Positions 28,297 to 37,888 of a stretch of DNA of 64,000 nt are shown one piece after another; the first letter of the stretch is position 1; each line of letters opens with the position of its first letter. Below the pieces are notes generated by a model. The model was given only the letters and a program-made list of their open reading frames with translations, made no database searches and was not told where the DNA came from. Position numbers and translations under genes: made by a program. This stretch comes from Candidatus Woesearchaeota archaeon. Its GTDB lineage: Archaea > Nanobdellota > Nanobdellia > Woesearchaeales > JACPIF01. Where the stretch lies: positions 101,439 to 165,438 of the forward strand of contig JACPIF010000008.1 of the NCBI GenBank assembly GCA_016188215.1, given 5' to 3'.

Positions 28297-31200
28297 CTAT
28301 CGCTTCTGCCTCTTCTTGATTATTGTGTCCAACTTGCTAAACGGATCTTGCTTTGCCGGTTTCTGCTGTTTGGCTTCTGCCTTGGAAGTCTTTTGCTCTT
28401 CCTTTCCCTTTGCAGGCTTTGCCTCTTCTACCTTCGCCTGCTTTTCAGGCTTCTCTTGACCTTTAGGCTTCGCCTGTGAAGAATCTGGCTGCGAGCCTCC
28501 GGTGAATATGTCCAATAACCCGGTGCGAGTCTTGAGCTTCTCTTTCATGCGAAGCTCAAAAAGCTTATGCTTGCTTGTAGCTTCAACTGGTTTCTCTGAT
28601 TTTCCTGTCTGCCTTGACTGCTGAACAGGAGATGAGGCTGAAGAAGGGGCAGTTGGGGTGTACTTATACGCAGATTTCGGCTTGCGGCGCAGCAACGTTT
28701 TGAGGTTTTGGCCATATTTCCTGTACCCCATGGCGAGGCCGCTGATAATCAGCAGAAGGGCAGCTGCATAGATAAGGTATGAGAAGAAATTTGAGCTTGG
28801 ATATGACTCGGGATCAAGCGGATCAGTGCCTGCGTCAAGCTCAACACTGTCTGAATATGCATCTGCGTCTGTATCCTCTCTATACGGATCTGTGCGCGCA
28901 CGCTGCTCTTCTATATTATTGAGCTGGTCGCTGTCAAAATCCTCCTCGCCATCGTTAACGCCGTTTCCATCTGAATCTGCAGCAAACTTGTCAAGATTAT
29001 GCAGGTCTTCCCATTCGTTCTGCAGGCCGTCGCCGTCAATATCATCATCGCAGGCATCACCGACTGCATCCTTGTCAAGATCCTCCTGCTCCTTATTTTC
29101 AGTTGAAGGGCAGTTATCCCTGCTGTCAGGTATGCCGTCGGCATCCTCATCTGGCTCCAGCTGCACACATTTCTGGTGAATGCAGTCGCTTTCCGGAGTG
29201 CAATCCTCTTTGATGTTGCACTGCCTTCCAGCAGAGCAACGCAGCGGGCAGTAGGTGCCGCAGTCTATATCACCCTCGCCCTGGTCAAGGATGCCGTTGC
29301 TGCATGGAGTAGGCTTCTTGCAGGAGCCAAACTCGCAGTTGCCTGAGATGCAGTCGCGGCTGCTGATGCATTGCCTGTCCAAAGCGCATTTTGTTGGGCA
29401 GGCGCTGCCGCAGTCTATGTCAGTCTCCTGGCCGTTCCTTGCGCCATCATTGCATGACTGTGTTTTGCATTGCTTGAGCTGGGGATCGCAGAATCCTGTC
29501 TCACAATCAGAATTGCCGCCGCATGTGGCATTTTCACCGCAGCCTACGCAGGAGCCTCCGCAGTCAAGGTCAGTCTCGTCATCGTCTTTTACCAGATTGC
29601 TGCAATGAGTCGGCTTTTTTGAGACATCAACTGTAATGCCGTCGCTTTCCATAGCTTTCCCAGTAATGCCGACAATGTTAGTTGCATCAACCCTGAAGAT
29701 GTACCTTGCCTTGTCAGTCAGGTTCAATGGCCTGCCGGAATTGTCTTTGTTTACGACAAGGAAATCCTTGTCAGGAGCTATGCTAGTGACGCTCTGGTTG
29801 ATTATAGTTTCCCGGGACGGCTGAACTGCTTCAAGGCTGTAGCGGTAATAGCTGATGCTGCTCTCATTCTCCTGCCCAAGCCATTTGACACGGAGGGAAT
29901 CAGTCAGGAAGGTGAATTCAGGATCATTCGGCAGTGCACTGGTGTCATTCACGTATAGCATGGCAGGAGGCGTAGCGTCAACAGTAAACTGAATCTGCAC
30001 GACGCTGGAAAACAGGCCGCCTACAATGCAGCGGGCGTAATACGTCTGTGGGATGCCAGGCGAGATGCCTGATACTGCGCGCTGGTGCCTATAAGCCAAA
30101 TCGCCAAACAGGTTTGTAATGGCTTCCTGCGCCTGGCCAAAATAGCATTGGGCGCGCTTGTTGGTTGAGATGTCAAGAATAACAGTACTTGAGTTGCTGT
30201 ACCTTGGCGTATTCACCTGGATGGCGAGGGGTGCGCTTAGGTTAATGGAAAACCTGATGGATGATGTATTGGAGAGGAGGCCTGCCTCGTTCTCGCAGGC
30301 AATGAAAAAGGTATAGCTTGGCTGGCCTGCCAATGCAGTATAGTTTTGGCTGTGTATCTTCTGATAAATATCTGGCGCAATGAATTCTTCATCCATCTCA
30401 GTGTAGCCCTTCTTTGCTGCATCATAACGGCACACTGTATTGTCATCGGTCTGCACCTTAAGCACAGTCCGCAGATCTGATTCTATAATAGGATCCGGCT
30501 GCGCAAACGCGGACAGGATAATGGGAGGTGTCTTGTCTATAGCTATCCTGAATGCTTTCTCGCGGATGCCCGAGAGGCCGTCATCACATTTCACATAGAG
30601 CTTATGCTCCTTCTGGTCTCCATCCGGGATTTCGTTGAAGTTTGTGATAGTATGTGAGATACCTCCAGTCACGGTGAAAGGCTTCATATTCTGGAAGACA
30701 ACGTTCTCAAGGTCAAGGACATACCTGCATGCTGCATCGTTGTCAGTGCCAACTGTAATATTAAAGATGGAATCCTTTGAAACGCCGGTTTTCGGCAGCA
30801 GCAGGGTAATGACGGTTGGAACTGCGTTCACCACAAAGCTGAAGCTGCCTGAAACTGTATTTCCTGCGTAATCGGATGCCTCAACCAGCACCTGTTTTGA
30901 GCCGTCGCTCAGGTTAATGGGGATGGCATAGCTGCGGTTGTCGTGCGTGCTTGACCTGTTTTTAATGTCCATCTCTCCATTAACCTGCACCTTGGCAAGA
31001 TCAACTTCCTTGGTAAAATTAAGGGTAATGACGACATTCGCATTCCTTAAGGTCGTGTTTATGGGGGATGCTGTGAATTGCGGCGGTGTATGGTCAACAG
31101 CCAGCACAAGCTTGAGCGGGCTTTTCATCAGCTTACCATAATTGTTCCTGGCCGAGAGCGTGAAATTATAAATCCCGTCAGGGAGCTCTGCATCAGGCAG

Positions 31201-31554
31201 GAACAAGTATTTTGAATTGTTTTCCAGCGGCTGCGTCGTGAAGGGAACAGTTGCATTTTCAGCGGCAAGGCCGGAAAAGGTAAGGATTGTGTAATCAGAG
31301 AATGTTACGTTGATCATGGGACGCTTGCTGTTGGTGAAGTATACCCCATCGGCAACCTTGCTGTTTGATACTGTAATGGCAAGCGGCACAGGGCCTGAGA
31401 CATTTGGCGATGCGTTAAAAGTAATGGTTTTTATGATGCCAAGGTTGTTAGCAGTTGACCAGGAGAAATGTCCCGGAAATGTTGAGCGGAAATGTTGAGC
31501 CATCGTTGCAGGCAGCAGCCAAATGGCAGAGATATGTGGTATAGCCTGAGCCAA
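28297..31554 (-). CDS. giant surface protein, C-terminal part: Ig-like/beta-rich region, Cys-rich repeats, thrombospondin type-3-like Ca-binding Asp repeats, TM anchor, Lys/Glu-rich cytoplasmic tail
   Basis: Repeats CxxGxxNGxETDIDCGxxC; DEDADGIPDSRDNCP...DKDAVGDACDDDIDGDG (TSP3-like DxDxDGxxDxxD); TM FFSYLIYAAALLLIISGLAMGY; tail KPKGQEKPEKQAKVEEAKPAKGKEEQK; real N-terminus is upstream ORF (no own signal peptide). Confidence 0.55.
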   Translation of the reverse strand: MAQAIPHISAIWLLPATMAQHFRSTFPGHFSWSTANNLGIIKTITFNASPNVSGPVPLAITVSNSKVADGVYFTNSKRPMINVTFSDYTILTFSGLAAENATVPFTTQPLENNSKYLFLPDAELPDGIYNFTLSARNNYGKLMKSPLKLVLAVDHTPPQFTASPINTTLRNANVVITLNFTKEVDLAKVQVNGEMDIKNRSSTHDNRSYAIPINLSDGSKQVLVEASDYAGNTVSGSFSFVVNAVPTVITLLLPKTGVSKDSIFNITVGTDNDAACRYVLDLENVVFQNMKPFTVTGGISHTITNFNEIPDGDQKEHKLYVKCDDGLSGIREKAFRIAIDKTPPIILSAFAQPDPIIESDLRTVLKVQTDDNTVCRYDAAKKGYTEMDEEFIAPDIYQKIHSQNYTALAGQPSYTFFIACENEAGLLSNTSSIRFSINLSAPLAIQVNTPRYSNSSTVILDISTNKRAQCYFGQAQEAITNLFGDLAYRHQRAVSGISPGIPQTYYARCIVGGLFSSVVQIQFTVDATPPAMLYVNDTSALPNDPEFTFLTDSLRVKWLGQENESSISYYRYSLEAVQPSRETIINQSVTSIAPDKDFLVVNKDNSGRPLNLTDKARYIFRVDATNIVGITGKAMESDGITVDVSKKPTHCSNLVKDDDETDLDCGGSCVGCGENATCGGNSDCETGFCDPQLKQCKTQSCNDGARNGQETDIDCGSACPTKCALDRQCISSRDCISGNCEFGSCKKPTPCSNGILDQGEGDIDCGTYCPLRCSAGRQCNIKEDCTPESDCIHQKCVQLEPDEDADGIPDSRDNCPSTENKEQEDLDKDAVGDACDDDIDGDGLQNEWEDLHNLDKFAADSDGNGVNDGEEDFDSDQLNNIEEQRARTDPYREDTDADAYSDSVELDAGTDPLDPESYPSSNFFSYLIYAAALLLIISGLAMGYRKYGQNLKTLLRRKPKSAYKYTPTAPSSASSPVQQSRQTGKSEKPVEATSKHKLFELRMKEKLKTRTGLLDIFTGGSQPDSSQAKPKGQEKPEKQAKVEEAKPAKGKEEQKTSKAEAKQQKPAKQDPFSKLDTIIKKRQKR

Positions 31555-33127
31555 CGCGGCGCGGCAGGCCTACCTTTTCAGTCTTGTCAGTTATGTCAAT
31601 AATGAATTGCGTCGGGATACCTTCCTCAAAACCAGTGGCTACTATCTGCGTGTCAGGGGCAAAATAATCAGACTCGCAGGCTGCTGAATTGCAGTCACGG
31701 TTCGGGCTGTAGTCTGCATTCTTGCTGCAGGCGCCGAACACTGAGCTGCATACACCGATGCGGCACTTGTCATTGCTCTTGCTGCTAAGTGTATTGGTTG
31801 TCGGGTCAAGGGCGACCGGAGCGAAGGTGAGGCATTCTTCATTTGTATAATCAGTGCACGTAACCTTCTCACAGCTCAGGCTCTCGCCATTCTTGAAGAA
31901 GCAGGGGTAGGCATCAGTGGAAAGGGCTGCTGACTTTTCAGCAGTGCAGGTGTCAAAAACTGCATTGTGCACCTTTACAGTAGGAGACCCCTGCGTCCCT
32001 TTCTCAATGCACCAGTTGCAATTTTCAGTGTCAAGGTTGACGCAGACTCCGACTCCGAGCGAAGAGATGGTATCCTTCCACGAGCACCTCCCTGTGTTGC
32101 AGTTGTCAGATTCGCAGGCTGCTTTTGTCTTATAATCATAGCAGTCCATGTTGGGGTTGCAGTTGTAGCAGGTATTCACGACTGTGGCAGACTTGTCATA
32201 AAAGCAGTACCTATAACTGGAAGCTGTCCCCTCGCATTTTGCCTTATCTGCAAACAGGCCGAATGGATTGTTGGAAAGGTTTGCGCAGTTCTGGTTCACG
32301 GCGCAGCGCGGCCCTGAAGCGTCAGCGATGCAGGTGCATGCCTGGCCGGTAAAGCAGTCCGAGGTGCCTGAATTGCAGTTTACTGAAGGGCTGCTCAGGA
32401 CATTGTTCTCATTGCAGGAATATGCTTTGTTGAACCTGGAAGAGAATAGGTTGATGACCTCATTGTTGAAATTACTCTGGGTAAACCCTTTCTTGGTGAT
32501 CAGATAAGCAGCATATTGGCTGTAATAGCTGCGCTGGATGCAGAAAGGGGTGTTTGCATTCCTATTAAAGCATTCCAAGCTGCCGATGGTTGTGTTAATG
32601 CTGAGTGATGAGCTCTTGTCCTGCGCCCTGAAATAGCCGGTTACCCTGTATGTGTATTCAGTGTCAAATAACAGCTCATCTGACTCGTCTGTGAAATAAT
32701 TGTTAGAGGTGGCTCCCAGGGTCTTGAAATTGCATATACGACTTTCGCAGCGCGAGATGTTATAGTATTCAGCTGCGCAGTCTGCTGACCAAACTAATGT
32801 AAGCTGGCGCTTGCCCTGCACAAATACCTTATCTATAGTTTTTATCTTTGGCGAAAATGTCTGCTGGTTGCAGTTGGGGGCGCTTAAGTTAAGCGATGGC
32901 GTGCCGCCGCCGCATACTTCAGGGCACAACTGCCGGCTGCCCGGTATAACAAACCGGAATGAGCATGATTCACGATTCACGAATGTGTTTGGGGAAGCTA
33001 CATTGCCGTTGCAGCAGCAGCCTGCATCGCCAGCGATAACAAATATGCTGGCTGCTATTAAACTTATGATTATTGAAAGCAGCAAAATCAGCGCTGGCAT
33101 CAGTATCTTTCTTGTTTTCCGAGACAT
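31448..33127 (-). CDS. giant Cys-rich surface protein, N-terminal part (signal peptide); reading frame continues into 28297..31554 if one copy of a 13-bp tandem duplication is removed
   Basis: MSRKTRKILMPALILLLSIIISLIAASIFVIAG signal; Cys-rich; C-terminal ...AACNDGSTFP joins in frame to ...GHFSWSTANN of the downstream ORF after deleting 13 nt. Confidence 0.6.
   Translation of the reverse strand: MSRKTRKILMPALILLLSIIISLIAASIFVIAGDAGCCCNGNVASPNTFVNRESCSFRFVIPGSRQLCPEVCGGGTPSLNLSAPNCNQQTFSPKIKTIDKVFVQGKRQLTLVWSADCAAEYYNISRCESRICNFKTLGATSNNYFTDESDELLFDTEYTYRVTGYFRAQDKSSSLSINTTIGSLECFNRNANTPFCIQRSYYSQYAAYLITKKGFTQSNFNNEVINLFSSRFNKAYSCNENNVLSSPSVNCNSGTSDCFTGQACTCIADASGPRCAVNQNCANLSNNPFGLFADKAKCEGTASSYRYCFYDKSATVVNTCYNCNPNMDCYDYKTKAACESDNCNTGRCSWKDTISSLGVGVCVNLDTENCNWCIEKGTQGSPTVKVHNAVFDTCTAEKSAALSTDAYPCFFKNGESLSCEKVTCTDYTNEECLTFAPVALDPTTNTLSSKSNDKCRIGVCSSVFGACSKNADYSPNRDCNSAACESDYFAPDTQIVATGFEEGIPTQFIIDITDKTEKVGLPRRVGSGYTTYLCHLAAACNDGSTFPLNISGTFLLVNC
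31474..31500. repeat. perfect 2x13-bp tandem duplication (GGAAATGTTGAGC) causing +1 frameshift inside the giant surface protein gene
   Basis: Read directly: tcccGGAAATGTTGAGCGGAAATGTTGAGCcatcg; 13 is not a multiple of 3; the two flanking ORFs are in frames differing by 1. Confidence 0.9.
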
Positions 33128-33151
33128 TTGCTTATTGCTTATCCATTTTGC

Positions 33152-34423
33152 TTATCCATTCTTCTTAACCTTGCTTTTTTTGGCTGTTTGGAATTCAAGA
33201 TCCTGGTAATCAGATAGCAGGCCATCTGACACTGTTACAGTAAGATGCCACTTATCATTATAGTCAGGCACGTCTGCCTCACCTATGGTATAGGGGAGTG
33301 GCGGGTTGTACGAATAATTCAGGATGTCTTCATCCGGATCGTATGCAGGTCTTGTGTTCAGAGAAACAGGAGGACTTACAAAAATAGATTCTCCATCTCT
33401 CTCTACAATTAATGCAGCCGAACTATTGGATGAAATCAAGTCCCCTTCCTCCAATACAGGAAGGGTTTGTTCATTGATGGCATGAAGGGCTGGATACCTG
33501 TTCTGCACCGTGAAAGAAAATGTGTATGGTCTTGCATACAAGCTTGAGCGGGGGTCTGTTATGGTAACAACAGCGTCATTGCCGAACACATGCTTGGTAA
33601 GGGCAACTTCCATGTTTTCGTAGTTTACGGATTGGGTGCTGAAGACAATGGAAGAAGATTCCTGCTCAATGATAGTCCGCGCCAAATCATAGACCAGCCT
33701 GAGCCTGATCCTGAGCGGAACCGAGAAATCCTCCATAGTGGTGATCTCCTCGCCTGTTGGCTTGTATACAGTAATTGGAACTTTTGCATTGATTATTATG
33801 CCGCCTTTCACATAATTGTCAGAAATAATGCCGGCGGTTGAGATATTTCCCAAGGTAACATTATATTGCCTGAATTCCTTAAAAGTAAGGCAGGAGGCCG
33901 CATTGTTATTTATGTAATGCTCAATCTGCCTGAGCACTGAATCATTTGAGTTAAGGAGGGCAGGAAGCTGAATCGTGCCATAGTAGCCATGCTCAAGGTC
34001 AATAGATTCGTAATCTGCATCCTTATATGGAAATTCTGTCCATGGATAAGCTGGAGGCTGCCAGAAATATAGGTCGCCGATGTCTGTAACTGGGCGCCTG
34101 AGGCCATAGCTTATTTTACTGTTTGAGAATTGCACATAATCCTGGCCATTGATAATGGGGTCTGCAACCAGGCCGCCCTGTGAAGCATAGATAGCACCCT
34201 GCCTGCCTACAAGCTCAAGGGCTTTTGAAGACACATCTTCTATACACTTGTTAGTATACTCCCTGAGAGTCTCCAAACCGGTATCTAATGTTTCTATCTT
34301 CTCCTTTTCCAGTTTCTTTTCTGCCTTGAAAAGGATCAGATAGAGCAAGAAGATAATCATCGCAAATACAAGAATGCCAACAATGATGATTATAGTAAGC
34401 TGAGACTTATTATGCAAAGCCAT
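33152..34423 (-). CDS. type II membrane-anchored extracellular protein, hypothetical
   Basis: MALHNKSQLTIIIIVGILVFAMIIFLLYLILF N-terminal anchor, 423 aa, no motif. Confidence 0.4.
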   Translation of the reverse strand: MALHNKSQLTIIIIVGILVFAMIIFLLYLILFKAEKKLEKEKIETLDTGLETLREYTNKCIEDVSSKALELVGRQGAIYASQGGLVADPIINGQDYVQFSNSKISYGLRRPVTDIGDLYFWQPPAYPWTEFPYKDADYESIDLEHGYYGTIQLPALLNSNDSVLRQIEHYINNNAASCLTFKEFRQYNVTLGNISTAGIISDNYVKGGIIINAKVPITVYKPTGEEITTMEDFSVPLRIRLRLVYDLARTIIEQESSSIVFSTQSVNYENMEVALTKHVFGNDAVVTITDPRSSLYARPYTFSFTVQNRYPALHAINEQTLPVLEEGDLISSNSSAALIVERDGESIFVSPPVSLNTRPAYDPDEDILNYSYNPPLPYTIGEADVPDYNDKWHLTVTVSDGLLSDYQDLEFQTAKKSKVKKNG

Positions 34424-34556
34424 TATCCCCTCTTTTTAAATTTGGAATGAAACTGAACTTATGCCTCTATATACTTTCCTATATATTAAGAGGGGCATAT
34501 TTAAACGTTACTAGATGGATTCTGGATTGTGAATCCGGATTGAAGATTAAAGCGGT

Positions 34557-37253
34557 TTAGGCAGTGCTGTTTGCGGGGAGCTGCGGCCTCAGCTTTGAAG
34601 TAAGGTCCTGCCATACCTGGCTGCCTACCTGGTAGCGGCTGGAGACAAGAGTGGTTGCTCCAGACTCATCGCAGAAGAGGACATTTGCGCCTAAGGCCTG
34701 CTTGTTCATGGTTGTTACGATTGAGCAGATGCTTGCCTCTGGTTTCGTGTATTCTATGCTTACATATGAATCGCCGCCTACTGTCTCAATGACGCCTTTT
34801 ACTGACTTGTCGCCAGCACGGGTAATATACAGCCTGTTGAACTTTTTCACGTTATTCAAAAAAGTAAGGTCAACCTGGATTCCTTCAAAGGCTGGCTTTG
34901 CAGACAAGACTTTGCCGAAGAGCAGGGCAAAGGGCTGCTTGACAAGCTGTACAAATTTCTCAAGAAAATTGAGCTGAGGAGTAAGGCTAATGGGTGTCTG
35001 GCTTAAGATGACTGCCTTTTCCCTGTTGTCATACCAGACGATAGGGCTGCTGCACGCGTGGAACTGGCCGTCATTAACCAATGCGTTGTTGCAGAAGCTT
35101 GCAGGCAGGTCAAAGGTCTCAAGGATAGAAGGCTGCTTATTGATGACGGTGTTAAGGGTCGTGCCGAGCAGTACCTTGCTGCCTTGCCTGATGACGCAGA
35201 AATTGTTGGCGCAAGGCAATTGGGAACCATTTATGCTGCAGCTCGCTATGACATCTGTCTTGACGCTGAAGCCGCTAGGCAAGGAATATTCATAATTATT
35301 AAGCACGTTGGTGAATGTGTCGCAGTAAAGAGTGTAATCTGCGCCGCTGCTGATTTCTGCATTATCCAGCATAGCTATTGCAAGAAGCTTGGTGCGCGAG
35401 CTCCAGTTGCCGTCTTCACAGTAATTGTCGCCTATGTATTGCGTGTCGTTGATGCACTGGATATTGTTGTTGAGCGCCACCGAGAAATCCTGGGTGAAGT
35501 TTTCCAGCAATCCGTGCCTGCTGTTCTTGCTTCCAGGATTAACCAGGCATTGGCTCTTTTTGGGGCAGAAGCCTGTTGCGGTTTCGTCCCAGTTCTTCTT
35601 TACAGGAGATTCAGACCATTCGCCATTGATGCAGCGCTGGCCGTTGGTTGCGGTGCTTGATGCTGAGGTCGATTGATCGTTGAGGCACTTAAAGCCGTCC
35701 CAGCATTGCTCCTGAGTACAGCATTCAGTCTTCTGGGCAACTGCATTGTCCCAAGGAAATGTCTTCAAGGAATTCTTAAGCTCAGCAGACCTGTTCCATA
35801 TGCCTGCGGCTGAGCAGAATGCATGCTGGCCCTGCTGGAAGCCGTTTGGAAGGACTGTACAGAGCGGATTGCTGTGCACGAGCTGGGTACTTGTTATTGA
35901 ATCCCTTAGCGCAGCTATAGAGCCTGAATCAGTCTTGCACCCTTCAAACGTGCCATTAATGCTCATGACCTCTTTTTGAACAGGATTTGTGTTGCTTGTG
36001 ACATAATTTCTTGAGAATACTGGAATTCCGTTCCAGCAGGCTATTGTCCTGTTCGGCTCGTTGTAGTATTCACCAGAATCATCGCCGCAGCATCTTGTGC
36101 CTGTCCAAGTGTAGCTTTTTCCGCCTGAAACGCAGGATTCCTGGCTTGAATCGCCATCTTTCCATACACTGTTGTCGCAGTAGAAATTATTTGAAGTGTT
36201 TGACCAGGAGCCTGAGCTGAAGCAGTTGCTGTTAAAGCTGCAGTCTGTGCTGCTGGGGCAGCAGGATAAAGTGCCGTCAGCAAGATCGCCTTGAGCTGCG
36301 GTAATGTACTCGTCTGCATCATCGCCGCAGCAGGCATGCTCGGCCTCCTGCGGGCCGCCTATCTGCCATTCTGTGCCATCGCAAGAGCTGCACCATAATT
36401 CTGAGGTATCCAAGTTTACAGGATCAAAAGCGCAGCCGCCTGATGCACAGCTATAGTCGCGAGCGCTGCACACCCCGCCATTGCCGCATTGGCCATCGCA
36501 GGATGGCTGGCCTGAAACTACTGGCCTGTTCTCATTGGTTGAATCGTATGCGTTGCAGTCAACTGTCTTCTTTTCACTATCCTGGCCTGTGCAGCGGTAA
36601 GTAGTTAAAGTGGAGGTTGAGCAGGCACTTACCAAAGCGAGGTCCTCGCCGCACTTTCCAGTGTCAGAGCCTGAGGCAGTGCAGCCTTCATTATCAGTCA
36701 CAGTTACCTGGCCAAAATCATTGAACTGCGTCGGGCCGACGCAGTTGTCAGTGCCGCAGTTGCCCTGATCCTTGCCCTGAAAGCAGCCTCTGCTGCCCAC
36801 ACAGTACTTATCTGTTGATTTATCACAGCACCTCTTTGTGGTGTCCCAGAATGATTCTGCAATGCATGAGCATGCCTGATTTGAGTCATCTGGATTCCTT
36901 TGGCCGCTGCCTGCTGCAGTTGCAGGGACTGTGCATTTGCACTTTTCAGGGTTTCCCTCAATGCATGCCTGCTGGGAATAATAGATCTTGAATTCGTCTA
37001 TAGTCAATGTTCCAAAGGAAGAGAACTCGTCCCGCTGGTCATAGCAGCCCGGGCTATAGGTGAAACATGGAGGCGGGACCTGGCATTTTCCAGTGAGGCA
37101 TACTAAACCGGAATTGCAGCTTGTGCCGCTGCAGCAGTTCTCACCATTTCCGCCGCATGGCGGGGGAGGGGGAGGGGGGTTATTCTTGCCTATAACTATT
37201 GCGGAGGCCAGTACAATTATGAGCAAACTCAACCATATCCCTTTTGCTTTCAT
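34557..37253 (-). CDS. giant secreted Cys-rich protein (898 aa) with poly-Pro linker and repeated CCGDD...EY modules
   Basis: Signal peptide MKAKGIWLSLLIIVLASAIVIG, PPPPPPPP, >70 Cys, internal repeats CCGDDADEY / CCGDDSGEYY. Confidence 0.5.
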   Translation of the reverse strand: MKAKGIWLSLLIIVLASAIVIGKNNPPPPPPPCGGNGENCCSGTSCNSGLVCLTGKCQVPPPCFTYSPGCYDQRDEFSSFGTLTIDEFKIYYSQQACIEGNPEKCKCTVPATAAGSGQRNPDDSNQACSCIAESFWDTTKRCCDKSTDKYCVGSRGCFQGKDQGNCGTDNCVGPTQFNDFGQVTVTDNEGCTASGSDTGKCGEDLALVSACSTSTLTTYRCTGQDSEKKTVDCNAYDSTNENRPVVSGQPSCDGQCGNGGVCSARDYSCASGGCAFDPVNLDTSELWCSSCDGTEWQIGGPQEAEHACCGDDADEYITAAQGDLADGTLSCCPSSTDCSFNSNCFSSGSWSNTSNNFYCDNSVWKDGDSSQESCVSGGKSYTWTGTRCCGDDSGEYYNEPNRTIACWNGIPVFSRNYVTSNTNPVQKEVMSINGTFEGCKTDSGSIAALRDSITSTQLVHSNPLCTVLPNGFQQGQHAFCSAAGIWNRSAELKNSLKTFPWDNAVAQKTECCTQEQCWDGFKCLNDQSTSASSTATNGQRCINGEWSESPVKKNWDETATGFCPKKSQCLVNPGSKNSRHGLLENFTQDFSVALNNNIQCINDTQYIGDNYCEDGNWSSRTKLLAIAMLDNAEISSGADYTLYCDTFTNVLNNYEYSLPSGFSVKTDVIASCSINGSQLPCANNFCVIRQGSKVLLGTTLNTVINKQPSILETFDLPASFCNNALVNDGQFHACSSPIVWYDNREKAVILSQTPISLTPQLNFLEKFVQLVKQPFALLFGKVLSAKPAFEGIQVDLTFLNNVKKFNRLYITRAGDKSVKGVIETVGGDSYVSIEYTKPEASICSIVTTMNKQALGANVLFCDESGATTLVSSRYQVGSQVWQDLTSKLRPQLPANSTA

Positions 37254-37256
37254 TTT

Positions 37257-37787
37257 TTATGGCTCTACATTCATGTATATGCTTATATGTGAATAATTAT
37301 ACATTGAGTCTCCATAAGGGAAATCTATGTTTCTTACATAAGCTACAAACTTTGTACGGCCGATAAATCCGTCATTATGATAATATATGGGGAATAACCT
37401 AATCTCCTTAGGCTCTAAAATAAATTGCTCATAATCATATTCAAATAGCCCTGATTTTATAACATCAGCATTTTTGGAAGAATTGACCTCTTTGATGTCA
37501 ACACGCAGATTAACATTATTATCAAATTTATTTATGACGCCTATAAGAAATTCTTTCTTAATCCCGTTTTTGGCAACATACTCGTCCTGATCCAAATATA
37601 CCCTGTCATTTTCATGCCTTAGCTGCGATTTTATATAGGCTTTTTCTGTTTTAATATTTTCCAAGAAACATCCGCAATTTGGATACAGGTCAGTCAAGGA
37701 ATAAGAAAGTGCAAGCGAAAATAGAACAATTATAAGAATTATGAGAACAAACCTCAAACTAACCTTAATCACCGCTTTTTTGCACAT
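37257..37787 (-). CDS. small secreted/membrane-anchored protein, first gene of the minus-strand surface locus
   Basis: MCKKAVIKVSLRFVLIILIIVLFSLALSYS signal/anchor; 4-nt gap to downstream giant gene. Confidence 0.4.
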   Translation of the reverse strand: MCKKAVIKVSLRFVLIILIIVLFSLALSYSLTDLYPNCGCFLENIKTEKAYIKSQLRHENDRVYLDQDEYVAKNGIKKEFLIGVINKFDNNVNLRVDIKEVNSSKNADVIKSGLFEYDYEQFILEPKEIRLFPIYYHNDGFIGRTKFVAYVRNIDFPYGDSMYNYSHISIYMNVEP

Positions 37788-37888
37788 TGTTAAAAGATTG
37801 CTTTTATAGTTATTTAAATATTCCTATTTAAAATTCCGATACTGAGAATTTGGCAAGTTTTATAAAAAAAGTATAATTCCTTATTTTT

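Noticed and set aside
28297-28800. PGF-CTERM/archaeosortase sorting signal at C-terminus of the giant adhesin
   Set aside because: The TM helix is followed by a long Lys/Glu-rich tail of more than 150 aa rather than a short basic tail, and no PGF tripeptide precedes it.
29255-36337. Plus-strand ORFs of 60-200 aa inside the giant minus-strand genes (e.g. 35058..35660, 29255..29608)
   Set aside because: Antisense to long, motif-rich coding sequence; Ala/Ser/Arg-rich composition typical of spurious antisense ORFs.
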